A stretch of DNA of 64,000 nucleotides. Source: Mobula hypostoma (lineage: Eukaryota). A program made the position numbers and the translations under genes. A model generated the notes under the pieces. The model worked only from the letters and a program-made list of their open reading frames with translations, made no database searches and had not been told where the DNA came from. The first letter of the stretch is position 1, and every line of letters starts with the position of its first letter. The DNA is taken from assembly GCF_963921235.1 (NCBI RefSeq), contig NC_086100.1, forward strand, positions 203,176,001-203,240,000, given 5' to 3'. Below, in pieces: positions 26,123-38,659 of the stretch.

Positions 26123-26153
<31 letters not shown>

Positions 26154-26229
26154 CACACACACACACGCACACACACACACGCACACACACACACACACGC
26201 ACACACACACACACTTACTTGTACACGCG

Positions 26230-26260
<31 letters not shown>

Positions 26261-26286
26261 TTACTTGTACACGCGCACGCACACAG

Positions 26287-26317
<31 letters not shown>

Positions 26318-26336
26318 TACACGCGCACGCACACAG

Positions 26337-26425
<89 letters not shown>

Positions 26426-26480
26426 TACACGCGCACGCACACAGGCACACACACACACAGATGAGCACACGCACACACGC
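25320..26480. repeat. ~1.15 kb (CA)n-based compound microsatellite with recurring higher-order unit
   Basis: CA runs punctuated by cttacttgtacacgcgcacgc, caga and cgca variants. Confidence 0.97.
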
Positions 26481-26536
26481 TCACTCACAGGATCAGAGAT
26501 ACAACAGAGAGAACGAGGTCGGGATGGCAGCGGCCA

Positions 26537-26688
26537 TCACTCTTCCTGCAGTTAGTCCTGACGAAGGGTCTCGGCCTGAAACGTCGACTGCACCTCTTCC
26601 TAAAGATGCTGCCTGGCCTGCTGCGTTCACCAGCAACTTTGATGTGTGTTGCTTAAATTTCCAGCATCTGCAGAATTCCTGTTGTTTA
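26537..26688 (+). mobile_element. Short PLE 3'-end element carrying an intact-looking hammerhead ribozyme (26553-26590)
   Basis: Near-identical to 2225-2377: tagtc-CTGACGA-agggtctcggcct-GAAA-cgTC-gactg. Confidence 0.88.
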
Positions 26689-27249
26689 CACTGATCATTG
26701 AGCTATCTTTCAGGATAGGTGTGATTGGTGTCAGGAGAACTGGATACACCTGCAATGAAGGGGAGTTAATCGTCTCACAGAGGAGTTTGCTGGAGCTGTC
26801 CTGAAGAGATTCAACATGTAGCATTTGGGGTGGGGGGGGGTGGGGGTGGTGGTGGTGCGGTGGGGGATGCGGAGGGTGAGAACCAGAGATAAAGATCAGT
26901 AAGTAACACTGCAGAGATCAAGGAACGCCAAAAGGAAGTCCAGATGGGGACACGTTATTGACCACAGTTGCACTGAGGAGATGAACAGGGCATCCCGGAG
27001 GCCCATCCAATAAGGCAATGTTGGTAGTAATCAGAAACAAGAAAGGTGAAATCACTGTGACTGGATGATACAGTAGGCCTGAAACAGCCATCAAGCGAGA
27101 GCAACAGATACGTTAGCAAGTAATGGGCTGTTGCACAAACAATAGAATAGTTCTCCTGGGTGGATAATTGGCTGGACTCTTGGAGGAACATGTATGAAGC
27201 AAGAACCGAGTCACACTGTGAATTAGGAGAGTGAACAGTGACTAGGGAA

Positions 27250-28637
27250 TAGAAACATAGAAAACCTACAGCACAATACAGGCCCTTCGGCCCACAATGC
27301 TGTGTCGAACATGCATTTACCTTAGAAATTACCTATGGCTACCAACAGCCCCCTATTTTACTAAGCTACGTGCAAGTATCCAGGTGTCTCTTAAAAGACC
27401 CTATTGTATCTGCCTCCAACAGCGGTGCCCGCCGCCCATTCCACGCACTCACCACACTACGCAAAAAAAAAAGTGGCCCCTGACATCTCCTTTGTACCTA
27501 CTCCACAGCACCTTAAATTTGTGCCCTCTCGGGTTACCCATTCAGCCCTGGGAAAAACCCTCGGACTATCCACAGGATCAATACCTCTCGTCATGTTATA
27601 CACCTCTATCAGGTATCGTCTCATCCTCCGTCGCTCCAAGGAGAAAAAGGCCGAGTTCACTCAATGTTTTCTCATAAGGCATGATCCCCAATCCACGCAA
27701 CATTCTTGGAAATCACCTCTGCAACCTTTCTATGGTTTCCACATCCTTCCTGTGGTGAGGTGACCAGAAATTAGCAAAGTACTCCAAGTAGAATCTGACC
27801 AGGGTCCTATGCAGCTATAGCATTACCTTGCAGCTCTTGAACTCAATCCCATGGTTGATCAAGGCAAAGGCACCATATGCCTTCTTAACCACAAAGTCAA
27901 CCTGCACAGCAGATTTGAGTGTCCTATGGACTCAGATCCAAAGATAACTTTGATCCTCCACAATGCCATGAGTCATACCATTAATACTATATTCTGCCAT
28001 CATATTTGACCTACCAAAATGAACCACCTCACACTTATCTGGGTTAAACTCCGTTTGCCACTTCTCAACCCAGTTTTGCATCCTATCGACGTCCCACTGT
28101 AACCTCTGACAGCCCTCCACACTATCCACAACACCTGAACATTCGTGTGATCAGCAAATTTACGAAACTATCCCTCCACTTCCTCATCCAGATTAGTTAT
28201 AAAAATCACAAAGAGTAAGGTTCCCAGAAAAATCCCTGTGGCACACCACTGGTCACCAACCTCCATGCAGAATATGACCTGTCTACAACCACTCTTTGCT
28301 TTTGTGGGCAAGCTAATTCTGGATCCACAAAACAAGATCCACTTAGATCCCAGCCTCCTTTCTTTCTCTATAAGTCTTGCATGGGATGCCTTATAAAATC
28401 CTTCCTGAAATCCATATACACTACATCCACTGCTCTACCTTAATCAATGTGTTTACTCACATTCTCAAAAAATTCAATCAGGCTCCTAAGGCACGACCTG
28501 CTTTTGGCAAACCAATGCTGACTACTCCTACTCATATAACGCCTCTCCAAATATTCATAAACCATGCCTCTCAGGATTTTCTCCATAAACTTACCAAACA
28601 CTAGAGTAAGACTCACTGGTCTATAATTTCCTGGGCT
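27250..28637 (-). mobile_element. CR1 3' half, degenerate
   Basis: Tail atagaaacatagaa. ORFs 27457..27660 and 27932..28129 are RT remnants. Similar to 6213-7740. Confidence 0.88.
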
Positions 28638-29378
28638 GTTGTCTACAATGGACTTCAGTAAAGCCTTTGACTAGGTCCCGCACGGGAGATTAGTTAAGAA
28701 AATTCCGTCGCTAGGTATACATGGAGAGGTGGTAAATTAGATTAGACATTGGCTCAATGGAAGAAGCCAAAGAGTGGTAGTAGAGGATTGCTTCTCAAAG
28801 TGGAGGCCTGTGACTAGTGGTGTGCCACAGGGATCAGTGCCGGGTCCATTGTTATTTGCCATCTATATCAATGATCTGGATGATAATATGGTAAATTGGA
28901 TCAGCAAATTTGCTGATGATACAAAGGTTGGAGGTGTAGTGAACAGTGAGGAAGGTTTTCAAAGCTTGCAGAGGGATTTGGACCAGCTGGAAAATGGGCT
29001 GAAAAATGGCAGATGGAGTTTAATACAGACAAGTTTGAGGTATTGCACTTTGGAAGATAAACTAATGTAGAACATACAGGGTTAATGGTAAGGCACTGAA
29101 GAGTGCAGTAGAACAGAGGGATCTGGGAATACAGATACAAAATTCCCTAAAAGTGGCGTCACAGGGAAATAGGGTCCGTAAAGAGAGCTTTTGGTACATT
29201 GGTCTTTATTGATCAAAATATTGAGTATAAGAGCTGGAATGTTATGATGAGATTGTATAAGGCATAGGGGAGGCCGAATCTGGAGTATCGTGTTCAGTTT
29301 TGGTCACCAAATTACAAGAAGGATATAAATAAGGTTGAAAGAGTGCAGAGAAGGTTTACAAGGATGTTGCCGGGACTT
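28638..29378 (+). mobile_element. CR1 RT fragment, opposite orientation, truncated at both ends
   Basis: SGVPQGSVPGPLLFAIYINDLD...KFADDTK (ORF 28774..29070); runs directly into GPCR sequence. Confidence 0.88.
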
Positions 29379-29379
29379 G

Positions 29380-30094
29380 CCGGTTGATTTCCGCGAACAC
29401 TGTGACCTCAGTCTGGCTGACTGTCGCTTTCACCGTCGATCAATTTGTGGCTATTTGCTGTGAGAAGCTGAAAACAAAATATTGCACCGAGAGAACGGCG
29501 GCTGTGGCTATCGGGACAGTGAGTGTGTTGACCTGTTTGGAGACGGTCCCCTGGGGCTTTGTATTCGGGCCTCGAGAAATAATTGATGGTGTTCCCTCGG
29601 GTTGTTTTTATACACTGAGCTACAAGAACTCTCCCTCATGGGCGGCATTTGACATGTTTGACGTCATTTTAACCCCTTGTGTCCCATTCTTTCTGATGTT
29701 GCTGTTCAATATTCTGACTGTCAGGCGGATTCTCGTGGCCAGTCGAGCCCGCAGGGGGCTCCGGGGACACAAGAGTGGAGAGAATGACGAGGACCGGGAG
29801 ATGGAGAACCGACGCAAATCCATCGTTTTGCTCTTCAGCGTAACCGCGAGTTTCATATTGTTGTGGGGAACACACGTGCTATTTTATATCTATCAACGGA
29901 TTTCAATGAGTTTTGTTGATTCTGTCACGGATTCTCCGATACATCACAGAACACACATCGGGAATGCTGCAGATTCTCAGTTCCTGCACCAACACATATT
30001 TACTCCTGACTCAAAGCAAATTCCGAGAGGAACTGAAGAATGTGGTGAAATATCCATTGAATCGGATTTTGATACTCGTGAAACGTTAAAATAA
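29380..30094 (+). pseudogene. GPR139-like GPCR copy 3, 5'-deleted (starts in TM3) and frameshifted near TM7
   Basis: SVWLTVAFTVDQFVAICCEKLKTKYC...ENRRKSIVLLFSVT. The frame departs from copy 2 at ~29935. No exon 1, TM1 or TM2 adjacent. Confidence 0.9.
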
Positions 30095-30189
30095 ATGTTG
30101 TAAAGTATTACAATTCAGCTGCCTTCCTGCTCCCTATTCTATCCCCCCACTTGTGGGAAATGGAAACAACGTGATGAACAGAGTTAGAA

Positions 30190-30432
30190 AACAAACACGA
30201 GAAAATCTGCAGATGTTTGAGTTACAAAAGAGCACACACAAAATCAAATGCTGATGAAGGGGCTCGCCCCGAAACGTCGACTGTTTACTATTTTCCTCAC
30301 ACAAAATTCTAGATGAACTCAGCAGACCAGGCAGCATCAATGGAAAAGAGCAGAATGTCGACTTTTCATGCCAAGTCCCTCCATCGGAGTCCTGTCAACT
30401 GTTTACTCTTTTCCATTTGGTGTGTGTTGCCT
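30190..30432. mobile_element. PLE-end elements with hammerhead core (30251-30278); inverted paralog of 22290-22530
   Basis: CTGATGA-aggggctcgcccc-GAAA-cgTC-gactg. Stem I partner is decayed. Confidence 0.7.
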
Positions 30433-30789
30433 TAGATCTACAAAATAGCTGTTTACAGCTGATCCCGACGGCATCACTGACGTCTTCATCCCAGAGAAAT
30501 CTTCCTTTCACCTCACGCCCGGCCCTGTTAAATTGAAGCTTGTGGCGAACCCGTTACCCCGCTTCCCGGTTCTGACAAAACTGCCTGATCTTGGGGTATA
30601 TTTTCGGCTGTAGCAACCACTTCTGCTGCCTCATAACCCCTCCAGTCTTCACCCTCTTTTTTTCTCCTGCTTCTCTACCGGTATGTTCCCGTTCTCACTG
30701 CCAACTTGAACTACCTTCCTGTAAGAGAAATTTCCTGTTTTACAATTGAAGGCAAAGCACCGTAACGTTCACTTGTAGCTCTGTGAGAG

Positions 30790-31180
30790 ATTGGGAGATG
30801 GAGAAAGTGAGCGGTAGCAGGAGGCAGAGCGAGGGCTGAGGGACGAAGGAGAGAGCGACTGGGAGATCGCGGGGAAAGGGCGCCAGGGAGGGGGTGCCAT
30901 GGAGATGACGCTGGAGTGAGCGTGAGGGAGAGAGTGCAGGCGAGGGAAAGGGACAGTAGGAGACATCGCGAGGGGGAGAGCGCAGAAGAGACTTGGCGTG
31001 AGGGAGGGAGAGAGTGCGGGAAAGGACAGGAGGAAGATGTCGTGAGAGTGAACGCCAGGAAATGGGCATGTGGGAGAGACAGAGAAAAAGAATGAGAGAG
31101 AGAGAGAGTGAAGCGACTAGGACATCGTGAGGGAGACTGAGATGGAAGGAGAGAGAAAGAGAGAGAGTGAGAGAGAAAAC
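30790..31180. repeat. Purine (GA)-rich low-complexity tract
   Basis: Strong G/A strand bias; no counterpart in the paralogous flank near 21960. Confidence 0.75.
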
Positions 31181-31509
31181 AGGCTGTGTGGCAATCCACC
31201 CCACCATTGAGATCGGCTTGTTTTGTGGATGATAAGTTTTATTTTGGAATATGTACAGCTACTATTGTAGAAATTTGTTTTTTTTGGTTTGATATTAAAA
31301 TCACACGAGTTCTAACAAATTGTGTGGTTTCAAGACACCTGCAGTCTCCTTTGTTTGCGAATGCATATGTATATACCCCAAGCTGAATGAAAAAAGTATA
31401 CAATGAATTAATTTTAAAACAATTTTCATTACAAAGAGGCTATTTGAAGGCACTTTAATATACAAGATGGAAGGATATAAATCACACAGAGCAAGCACTT
31501 TATCGGGGT

Positions 31510-33380
31510 TGGGGCAGGGGGATAGGCAGGAGTATCTGTGGAAATGGGTGAGATTACAGGATGGTGCTTTACCTCCATCATGCCAGGGCCAAGAATATCT
31601 CTGAGAAATTACAGGCCATTCTGAATGGGCAGGCTGAACAGCCGGAGGTCGTGGTCCTTATTAGAAATGACAAGAGGGAGACAAGGTCCTACACAGAATT
31701 TAGGGAGTTGGGCAGAAAGTTAAGAAGTGAGAACTCTGGGTGGTGATTTCAGGATTACTTCAGTGTCACGTGCCTGCGAGGTAAGAGACGGTACGTTGGT
31801 ACAGTTAAACGTGTGGCTAACAGTCTGGTGCAGGAGGGAAAACATCAGGAACACTGAACATTGGGCTCTCTTGCAGGATAAGTGGGACTGGTGTAAGGAG
31901 GATGGGTTACAGTGAAGGGGAAATAATATTCTCACAGGGAAGCTTGCTGGAGCCACCCTGATGATTTTTATGATGTGACATGTGGAGGGGGTGTTGGATC
32001 GTCAGTAAGTAGCATTGAGCGGAAGGAAGAGATGAGGTCGAGGAACCCTAAAAGGAAGTTAAGAGGGGGCCACGTTAATGAGCACAGTGGCACCGAAAGG
32101 CAGAAGTGAGTTTATTTCAGTACTGGGTGTAGAACGGTGAAAGCAGATGTACTTAGAGCCTGGATTAATACATAGCACCATGATTCATCCGTTACAGAGA
32201 TCTGGTTGAGAAAAGGGCAGGACTGGTATCTAAACATTCCAGGATTCATATGATTCAGACAGTGCAGAGGGAGGTAGTTGAGGGTGGGGAGCTGCGTTGC
32301 TGATCAGGCAGAACGTCACAACATTGAGCAAATCCCGGAGGCTCATCCAGTGAGACAATGTGGGTGGAACTCGGGAATAAAAAAGGTGTAATCACAGTGA
32401 TGGGATTATACTGTAGGACTCCCAATAGCCAGTAAGAGAGAGGGATAGATATGTCGGCAGGTTATGAGATGATGTAAAAATAATAGAGTAGCTGTAGAGG
32501 GTGAATAATCACCCCAGAATGATTGGGACTCACTTACCACCTGAGGCTTGGATGCAGCAAGAGTTGTTAGGTGTGTTCAGGAAGGTTTCCATAAACAGTA
32601 TTAGGTGGTCCACCAGGGAGGGGGACATACTTGACATAGTAATGAGAAATAAGCGAGATGATTGGAATTTCATAGGGAAAGATTTGCGGATTATAATTCT
32701 GAAGGGTTTCAGACAGTTATTGAGAAGGATAAGTCTGGACCTACAGGTGGATCAATGTAAAAATGTTGAAGGAAAATTACAATAGAACTGGGCAGGAATC
32801 ACAGAGAGTAGTCTGGGAGCTGAGGTTACAAGTTAAGTCCGTGTCTGACATGTGAGAGTCACTTACAGTCCAGCTGGTCAGTATTCAGAACTTCCCCGTC
32901 CTTGTGAGGAAGGAGAAGAAAGGAGACGTCCAGGAACCAAGGGTGATGAGAAATATTGTATTTGTTTAAAAATGCAAGCGGATTCATATGGAAGGACGAG
33001 GAAGATGAAATTAGACAGGGTCTTGAAGGAACATACAGAAAACAAGAAACTAATGAATCAGGAGAGTGAAGAGTGACCATGAAGTGTCCTTATTGAGGCG
33101 GATCAATGAAAATCCCAGGGCATCTTATGCATACACAGAAAACAACAGTCGAGTGGGGAGAGGTCAGGACCACTCTAGGACAAAGGTGGGATTTATGTCC
33201 AGTGCCAGAGTTAGCATGGGAGGTAGAAAGTGAATGCTGGTGTTAACTGAGGAGAAGGGCAAGGAGGAAAGCTTGATGAGAAAGGCGCTGTGGTGATAAT
33301 CTCTGGCGTGTTGATACTTAAGAGGAAGTGTTTTTGGGTCTCTGCAACCATTTAGATGGGTAAATCCTTTGGGAGACTTA
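31510..33380 (+). mobile_element. Ancient CR1 remnant (ORF1 esterase region into ORF2 EN)
   Basis: ARAKNISEKLQAILNGQAEQPEVVV...FRELGRKLRS resembles CR1 ORF1 at 63.7 kb; TREGDILDIV. Confidence 0.7.
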
Positions 33381-34151
33381 GTCTATTGTGGGACACCGAT
33401 CACATGCAGCTAAATATGATGTTTAAGCTGCCGGCCTCGTACTGTGAGAACAGAGATCTGAACAACATCTGACACGTACTGCAATAGAAGGGAATGGTCT
33501 GTATCTGGTATAAACATGTCCTGCCTATGTGACTGCTCACAAATAGTCAACATTTGACTACAGGGACAGTGAAATTTACAATATTTAGAGCTTCATTACC
33601 ATAACATAGAAGAATAAAACTCACAGCACTGTGCAGTGAGCACATTCTCCTGTACATACCCAGCACTGTACACCATCGTTAAATACTAGAACAGCCCCAG
33701 CACCTCAAGGACAGAGAACTGTACAACCATGACAATGGACTGCAATTCACGGACATTATCTATTCCCTCAATCACTCAGAATGCAACAGAGAGTTGACAA
33801 AGGAGAACCTTGAATGATGTGTGCTTCAATTTCCAAACATTTTTGAAATGCTGCCGGCAGAATGAGGAACGGAAACGTAGGTAGATTCTGGAAAGTTCCT
33901 TTAAAAACAGAATCCTGTGTGACTATAATTTCGCCAACATTGACTGAGATTGTCTTAGTGCAGAGGCTCCGAGGAGTGGAATTTGCTGATATCCTGGAAA
34001 TTTACAGCATTTACAGCCTTTTCTATGTCAGTTTCTGCAGATTTAGCATGCCATATAAAACACTGATAATGTTCTCCATATCTATAATGGAGAGGATGCA
34101 GCCAGTCCATCACAGGTAAAGCACTCCCCACCGCTGAGCACATCTACAATG

Positions 34152-34542
34152 TGTCGTGGTCCCTCCTGGCAATCCCCCACCATGCCAGTTACCTCAGGAA
34201 TTGGGCCTCAATCACCTCATTTAAATTCCAATCATTCCCAGGTTCCATTAACTACACACACCTACTTCCCATCAGGAACTGCAGGATAAAGACCCTGTGA
34301 CCACAACAAGGATTTGCCAGTTCGTTGGTCGACTCTTGTATGAGTAACCTCGTTCCATAATTCTTAGGACTATCAGTTCTAAATCTAGCATCGTTCCTGA
34401 ATTCTCTACTAAAACTAAGACTTCGGTTAAAGACGCTCTCTGGACACCAATTCCACGCTCGCTCGACCATAACGCCTCCCGACTCGGCCTCCGCGCCTGT
34501 GTTCAGTACTTGGGATCATACCACCGCCACGTCCTTGCAACA
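34152..34542. mobile_element. Solo LTR (391 bp) inserted in a Rex1 3' fragment
   Basis: TGT...ACA termini. 5-bp TSD caatg (34147-34151) / caagg (34543-34547). Rex1 sequence resumes across it. Confidence 0.7.
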
Positions 34543-37500
34543 CAAGGAGAGTTGTTACAGGAAAGCAGCATCCATCATCAAGGACCGTATTATCCAAGTG
34601 ATGCTCTCTTCTCGATGCTGCCATCAAGAAGGAGTTACTGGAGCTTCAGGTCCCACGGCACCAGGTTCAGGAATGGCCATTACCCCTCAATGATCCGACT
34701 TTGGAATCAGAGGGGAAAATATCACTCAGCGCAACAATGAACTCACATTAAGGGACTTCATAGCTCATGTTCTTGATAGTTACTACATATTATCATTTTA
34801 CTTTTTTTCTTATTTTGCTTGCTTACAGTGAATGAGGCAAGATTGCAGATTTATTGGGCTTTCACAGGGATCTTTGCAGTCTATTTTTAATTACACATGT
34901 CGCTACAGAGCGTCATGTGTATGATGAACCAACATTGCTCACCCAGTTAACAAGGCTATAGTGACAAAATAGGAAACTACATAGTTGACACAACAATTTA
35001 GTGCAGTTTTTGATAGTGAGGAAGATTGTCAAAGGATTCAGCAAAACATTGACCAGTAGGAAATATGGGCAGATAAAGTGCATATGAGATGGTGTACTCT
35101 AGGACATGATATTTTAGGGGTTATATTTTTTTGAGAAACTCTCTCCCTGTTGGAGAAGCAAGAATGGCAGTAATGCCAGTGGCATACTCTGCCTCAGGAT
35201 GTGGTAGATCAGGGTCAGTGTCCCCTGGAAATAAACATGAGGGATATGCACCAGCTGTAGCTCCTGACTGACCGTGTGAAGTAAATGGAGGTGGAGATCG
35301 ACAGACCTTGGCTCATCTAGAACAATGAGACCAGATCCCTTAGTGAGATGGTCACAGCTAAGGTGCAGGATGCTGTTAAGTTTCATGACCACCAGGAGAG
35401 ACCAGGGAAAGAGTCCGACAGTGCAGACTCCCCGAGTGGCTGCTCCCCTCACAACACGTACACGTTTTGAATACTGATGTAGGAATGACCTCTCAGGGCA
35501 CATCAGCAGCAGCCAGGCTGCTGTCACTGACAGTGTCTCTGATGCCCAGTAAGGGAGGACGAGATCAGGCAGGAGAGTATTTGAGAGAAGTCTGAAGACT
35601 CTGTGGCTGCAAAAAAAAGCAGGATGGTACGTTGCCTTTGAGTACCAGCGTCAGGAACGTGGCAGAGCGGTTGCAGAAAATTCTCAAGTGCTCGTGTGCA
35701 TATAATTTGGTAAAAATAGGGTTGAGCTTGTACACAGTGAACAGAGGGAATTAGGAAAGAACTTAAAAAAACACAACTTCAAAAACAGTAATCTCTAGTT
35801 TACACACTGTTCCACACATTGTTGAGGATAGAAACAGAGTGATGATTCAGATGAATATGTGACTGAGGGGCTGAGACAGCGGGCAAGATTCAAGTTCTTG
35901 GATCACTGCAATTCAACTTCTTCTGTGGCAGGAAGACTTGCACAGAAGAGATGGATTGCTCCTGAACTGCAGGGGCCCCATATTCTGTAGATTTGCGAGT
36001 GATGCTCAGTATAGTGTAAACGGGAGTGGCGGTCAGTGTGGCCCTGAGCAGGGGGTACTACTTTTGCCAATGAGAGCAAATTTAGTCAACAGGATAGACA
36101 GAAGCACAGACAAAGGAGAGGAAAGACAATTGCTTTAAACTGCATTTGCTTCAGTGTCAGAGGCTTGACTGGTCAGGTGGATAAACTGGGGTGTGACTGA
36201 CTCTGGGGACTGCCAGATCACTTCCTTTTATGTATGGGTCAATGATTTGGGTGACAGAATTAATGGCTTTGTGGTCAGGTCTGCAGACAGCTCGAAGATA
36301 GGTGGAGGACAGGTAGTGTTGAAGAAGCAGGGAATCTGCTGAAGAACAGACAGATTGGGAGCGTGGGAAAATAAATGGAGGATGGAATATTGTGCAGGGA
36401 ACTGTATGCTCATGCACATAAGCAGTATTGGTGTAGACTGTTAGGATAAGTAGGATAAAAATAAATAAAAAAGAGGTGCAAAAAGACTTGGGAGTCCTCC
36501 TGTAGGAAGTGTAACTTGCTGTAGGAGTCGGTGATAAGGAAGACAAAACAAACATTAGATTGATTTCAAGAGGACAAGTATATCAAAGCAAAATATAACA
36601 TTGGAGTTTTCAAGGCGTTGGTCAGACCGCACTTGGAGTACTGTGAGCACTTTTCTGTCCCTTATCTAAAAAACGATTTCCTAGCATTGGAGAGGGTCCA
36701 AATGAGATTCATGAGGTTGACTGGGGAAATTAAAAGTTTACTGTTTGAGGAGTGATTCGTGGCTCTTGGCCTGTACACGGTGGAGTTCATAAGAATTCTG
36801 GGGATCTCATGGAAACTTATTGAATATTGAAAGGCCTATATAGAGTCGATGTGGAGAGGATCTTTCCTATAGTGAAGGCGTTTAGGACCAGAATGCACAG
36901 GCGAAGAGTAGAGGGATATCCATCTAGAACAGAAATGAAAAAAGAATTCCTTACAAAGTGGGTAGTGAAACTTCAATTCATTGTCACAGACAGGTGCCGA
37001 GGCAAAGCCATTCAGTATAAAACGAAGGTTGATAGGTTTTGATTAGTCAGTGCATCGAGGGATTGTGGGGGAAAATCAAGAGAATAGTGTTAAAAGGGAT
37101 AAAAGATTCAGCCATCATGGGATGGTGGATCAGACAGGAATTGGCTGAATCGCCCAATTCTGCCCCAATTTCATATGGTCCTATCACCGACGGAAACATG
37201 GCTGAGGGAAGGGCAGAATGGACAGCACAATGTTGAAGGATATAAAGATGCAGGGAAGAAGGGGGAACGGCCAAGATTTTGCCAAGTGGGTGTCCTTTAA
37301 AAGTATGATGTTTGGTGTTCTTTTAGGGTAAAGGAAAAGGTTGGCAGGTTTCCAGAACCCTGGTTGATGAGAGATACTGAGGCCGTGGTTGAGAAAGTGG
37401 AAACAGCCTGCTTACATTTACTATTGAGCCAAAGCAGGTAGCTTCACTCGCCTTCACTTGTCCCATCATTGAAATCTTCTCACAACCAATGAACTTACTT

Positions 37501-37840
37501 TCAAGGACACCTCACCTCATATTGTCATATTGCTTGTTAAGTATTGTTTCTTCTTTTTGCACTGGCACAGATTGTTGTCTTCTTCACTCTAGTTGAACGC
37601 GCTAGATGGCCAGTTTTGCATTGATCCTGTTATAGCTATTTTCCATAGAATAGATGACAGTTGGTATTGTATATATTTGTTGAGCAGATAAGAAATTTAA
37701 TCCCATGGTTTTCTATGGTGATATATATGTACGTTGAACTCCCGTCTACTGCCTTCAACTCTTTCTTGTTTTTGTAAAGATTATCGTTATTTGTCACATT
37801 TACATTGAAACACAGTGAAAGGCATCTTTTCCATTTTTAG

Positions 37841-38657
37841 ATAGATAGATAGATATACTTTATTAATCCCGAGGCAAATTTGGTTTCGTTACAGCCGCAC
37901 CAACCAAGAATAGAGCGTAAATATAGCAATACAAAAAACCCCAACAATCAAACACCAAAATGCAAACTCTGCCAGATGAAAATAAGTCCTGGACCAGTCT
38001 ATTGGCTCAGGGTGTCTGACCCTCCACGGGAGGAGCTGCACGTTCGATGGCCACAGGCAGGAACGACCTCCCGTGCCGCCAAGTGTTGTATCACGGTGGA
38101 ATGTGGCCGAAGTCCAATAGTGAAAAGTTTGATATCCAGTCTGCAAACACGTTCCTCGATCGTAATATATCCCGGATTGCACCATCCATTGTTAACCAGA
38201 ACAGTAAGCACCCAACTCCTTCACGCTTACTGCTCGCAGTACACTTCCGGTGAGCCGGAACGGTATTACCCACCGAATTCCTCTTCTCCAAAAGTCTCCG
38301 TGTCTCGACCCGGTCCTCTTTCCTCGGCTTTGTGACCCCATCTGTGTGCTTTCCTTCGGATTTCAGCAGGGGTGTCCACCGCTCTGTTCGCTAAGCCGGC
38401 CGGTCTTTGCTGGTCCGTGGAATACACAATGCGACCTTGCTTCTGTCCTGCGTGTCAGGATGTAACCATTTCCAGCGCTAAAGAAAACCCAAATAAAACT
38501 CTCTCTACCAGCATGTTAGAGAGGGTGCAGCTTCGATGTGTTACCATGAGGAAAAAAAATACAAAAAAATAACGTAAATTAAAAAGTAAGAAGAAGAAAG
38601 TAAGAATAGATCGGAACGGCTGTACCAGGCTGCATGCACGACCGGCGCATGCGCACA
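37841..38657 (-). mobile_element. Internally deleted Rex1/Babar-like non-autonomous element
   Basis: Minus-strand aataaagtat(atct)n tail. EN-like peptide VLVNNGWCNPGYITIEERVCRLDIKLFTIGLRP. GC-rich 5' end. Absent from the paralogous site near 17420. Confidence 0.65.
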
Positions 38658-38659
38658 AA

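Noticed and set aside
25209..26694. Long His/Thr and Cys/Val ORFs (up to 465 aa)
   Set aside because: They are translations of the (CA)n tract, not genes.
26826..26880. G-run tract with G-quadruplex potential
   Set aside because: A simple low-complexity run with no supporting context.
30711..31207. Ser/Leu/Pro-rich minus-strand ORFs
   Set aside because: Products of a GA-rich low-complexity tract.
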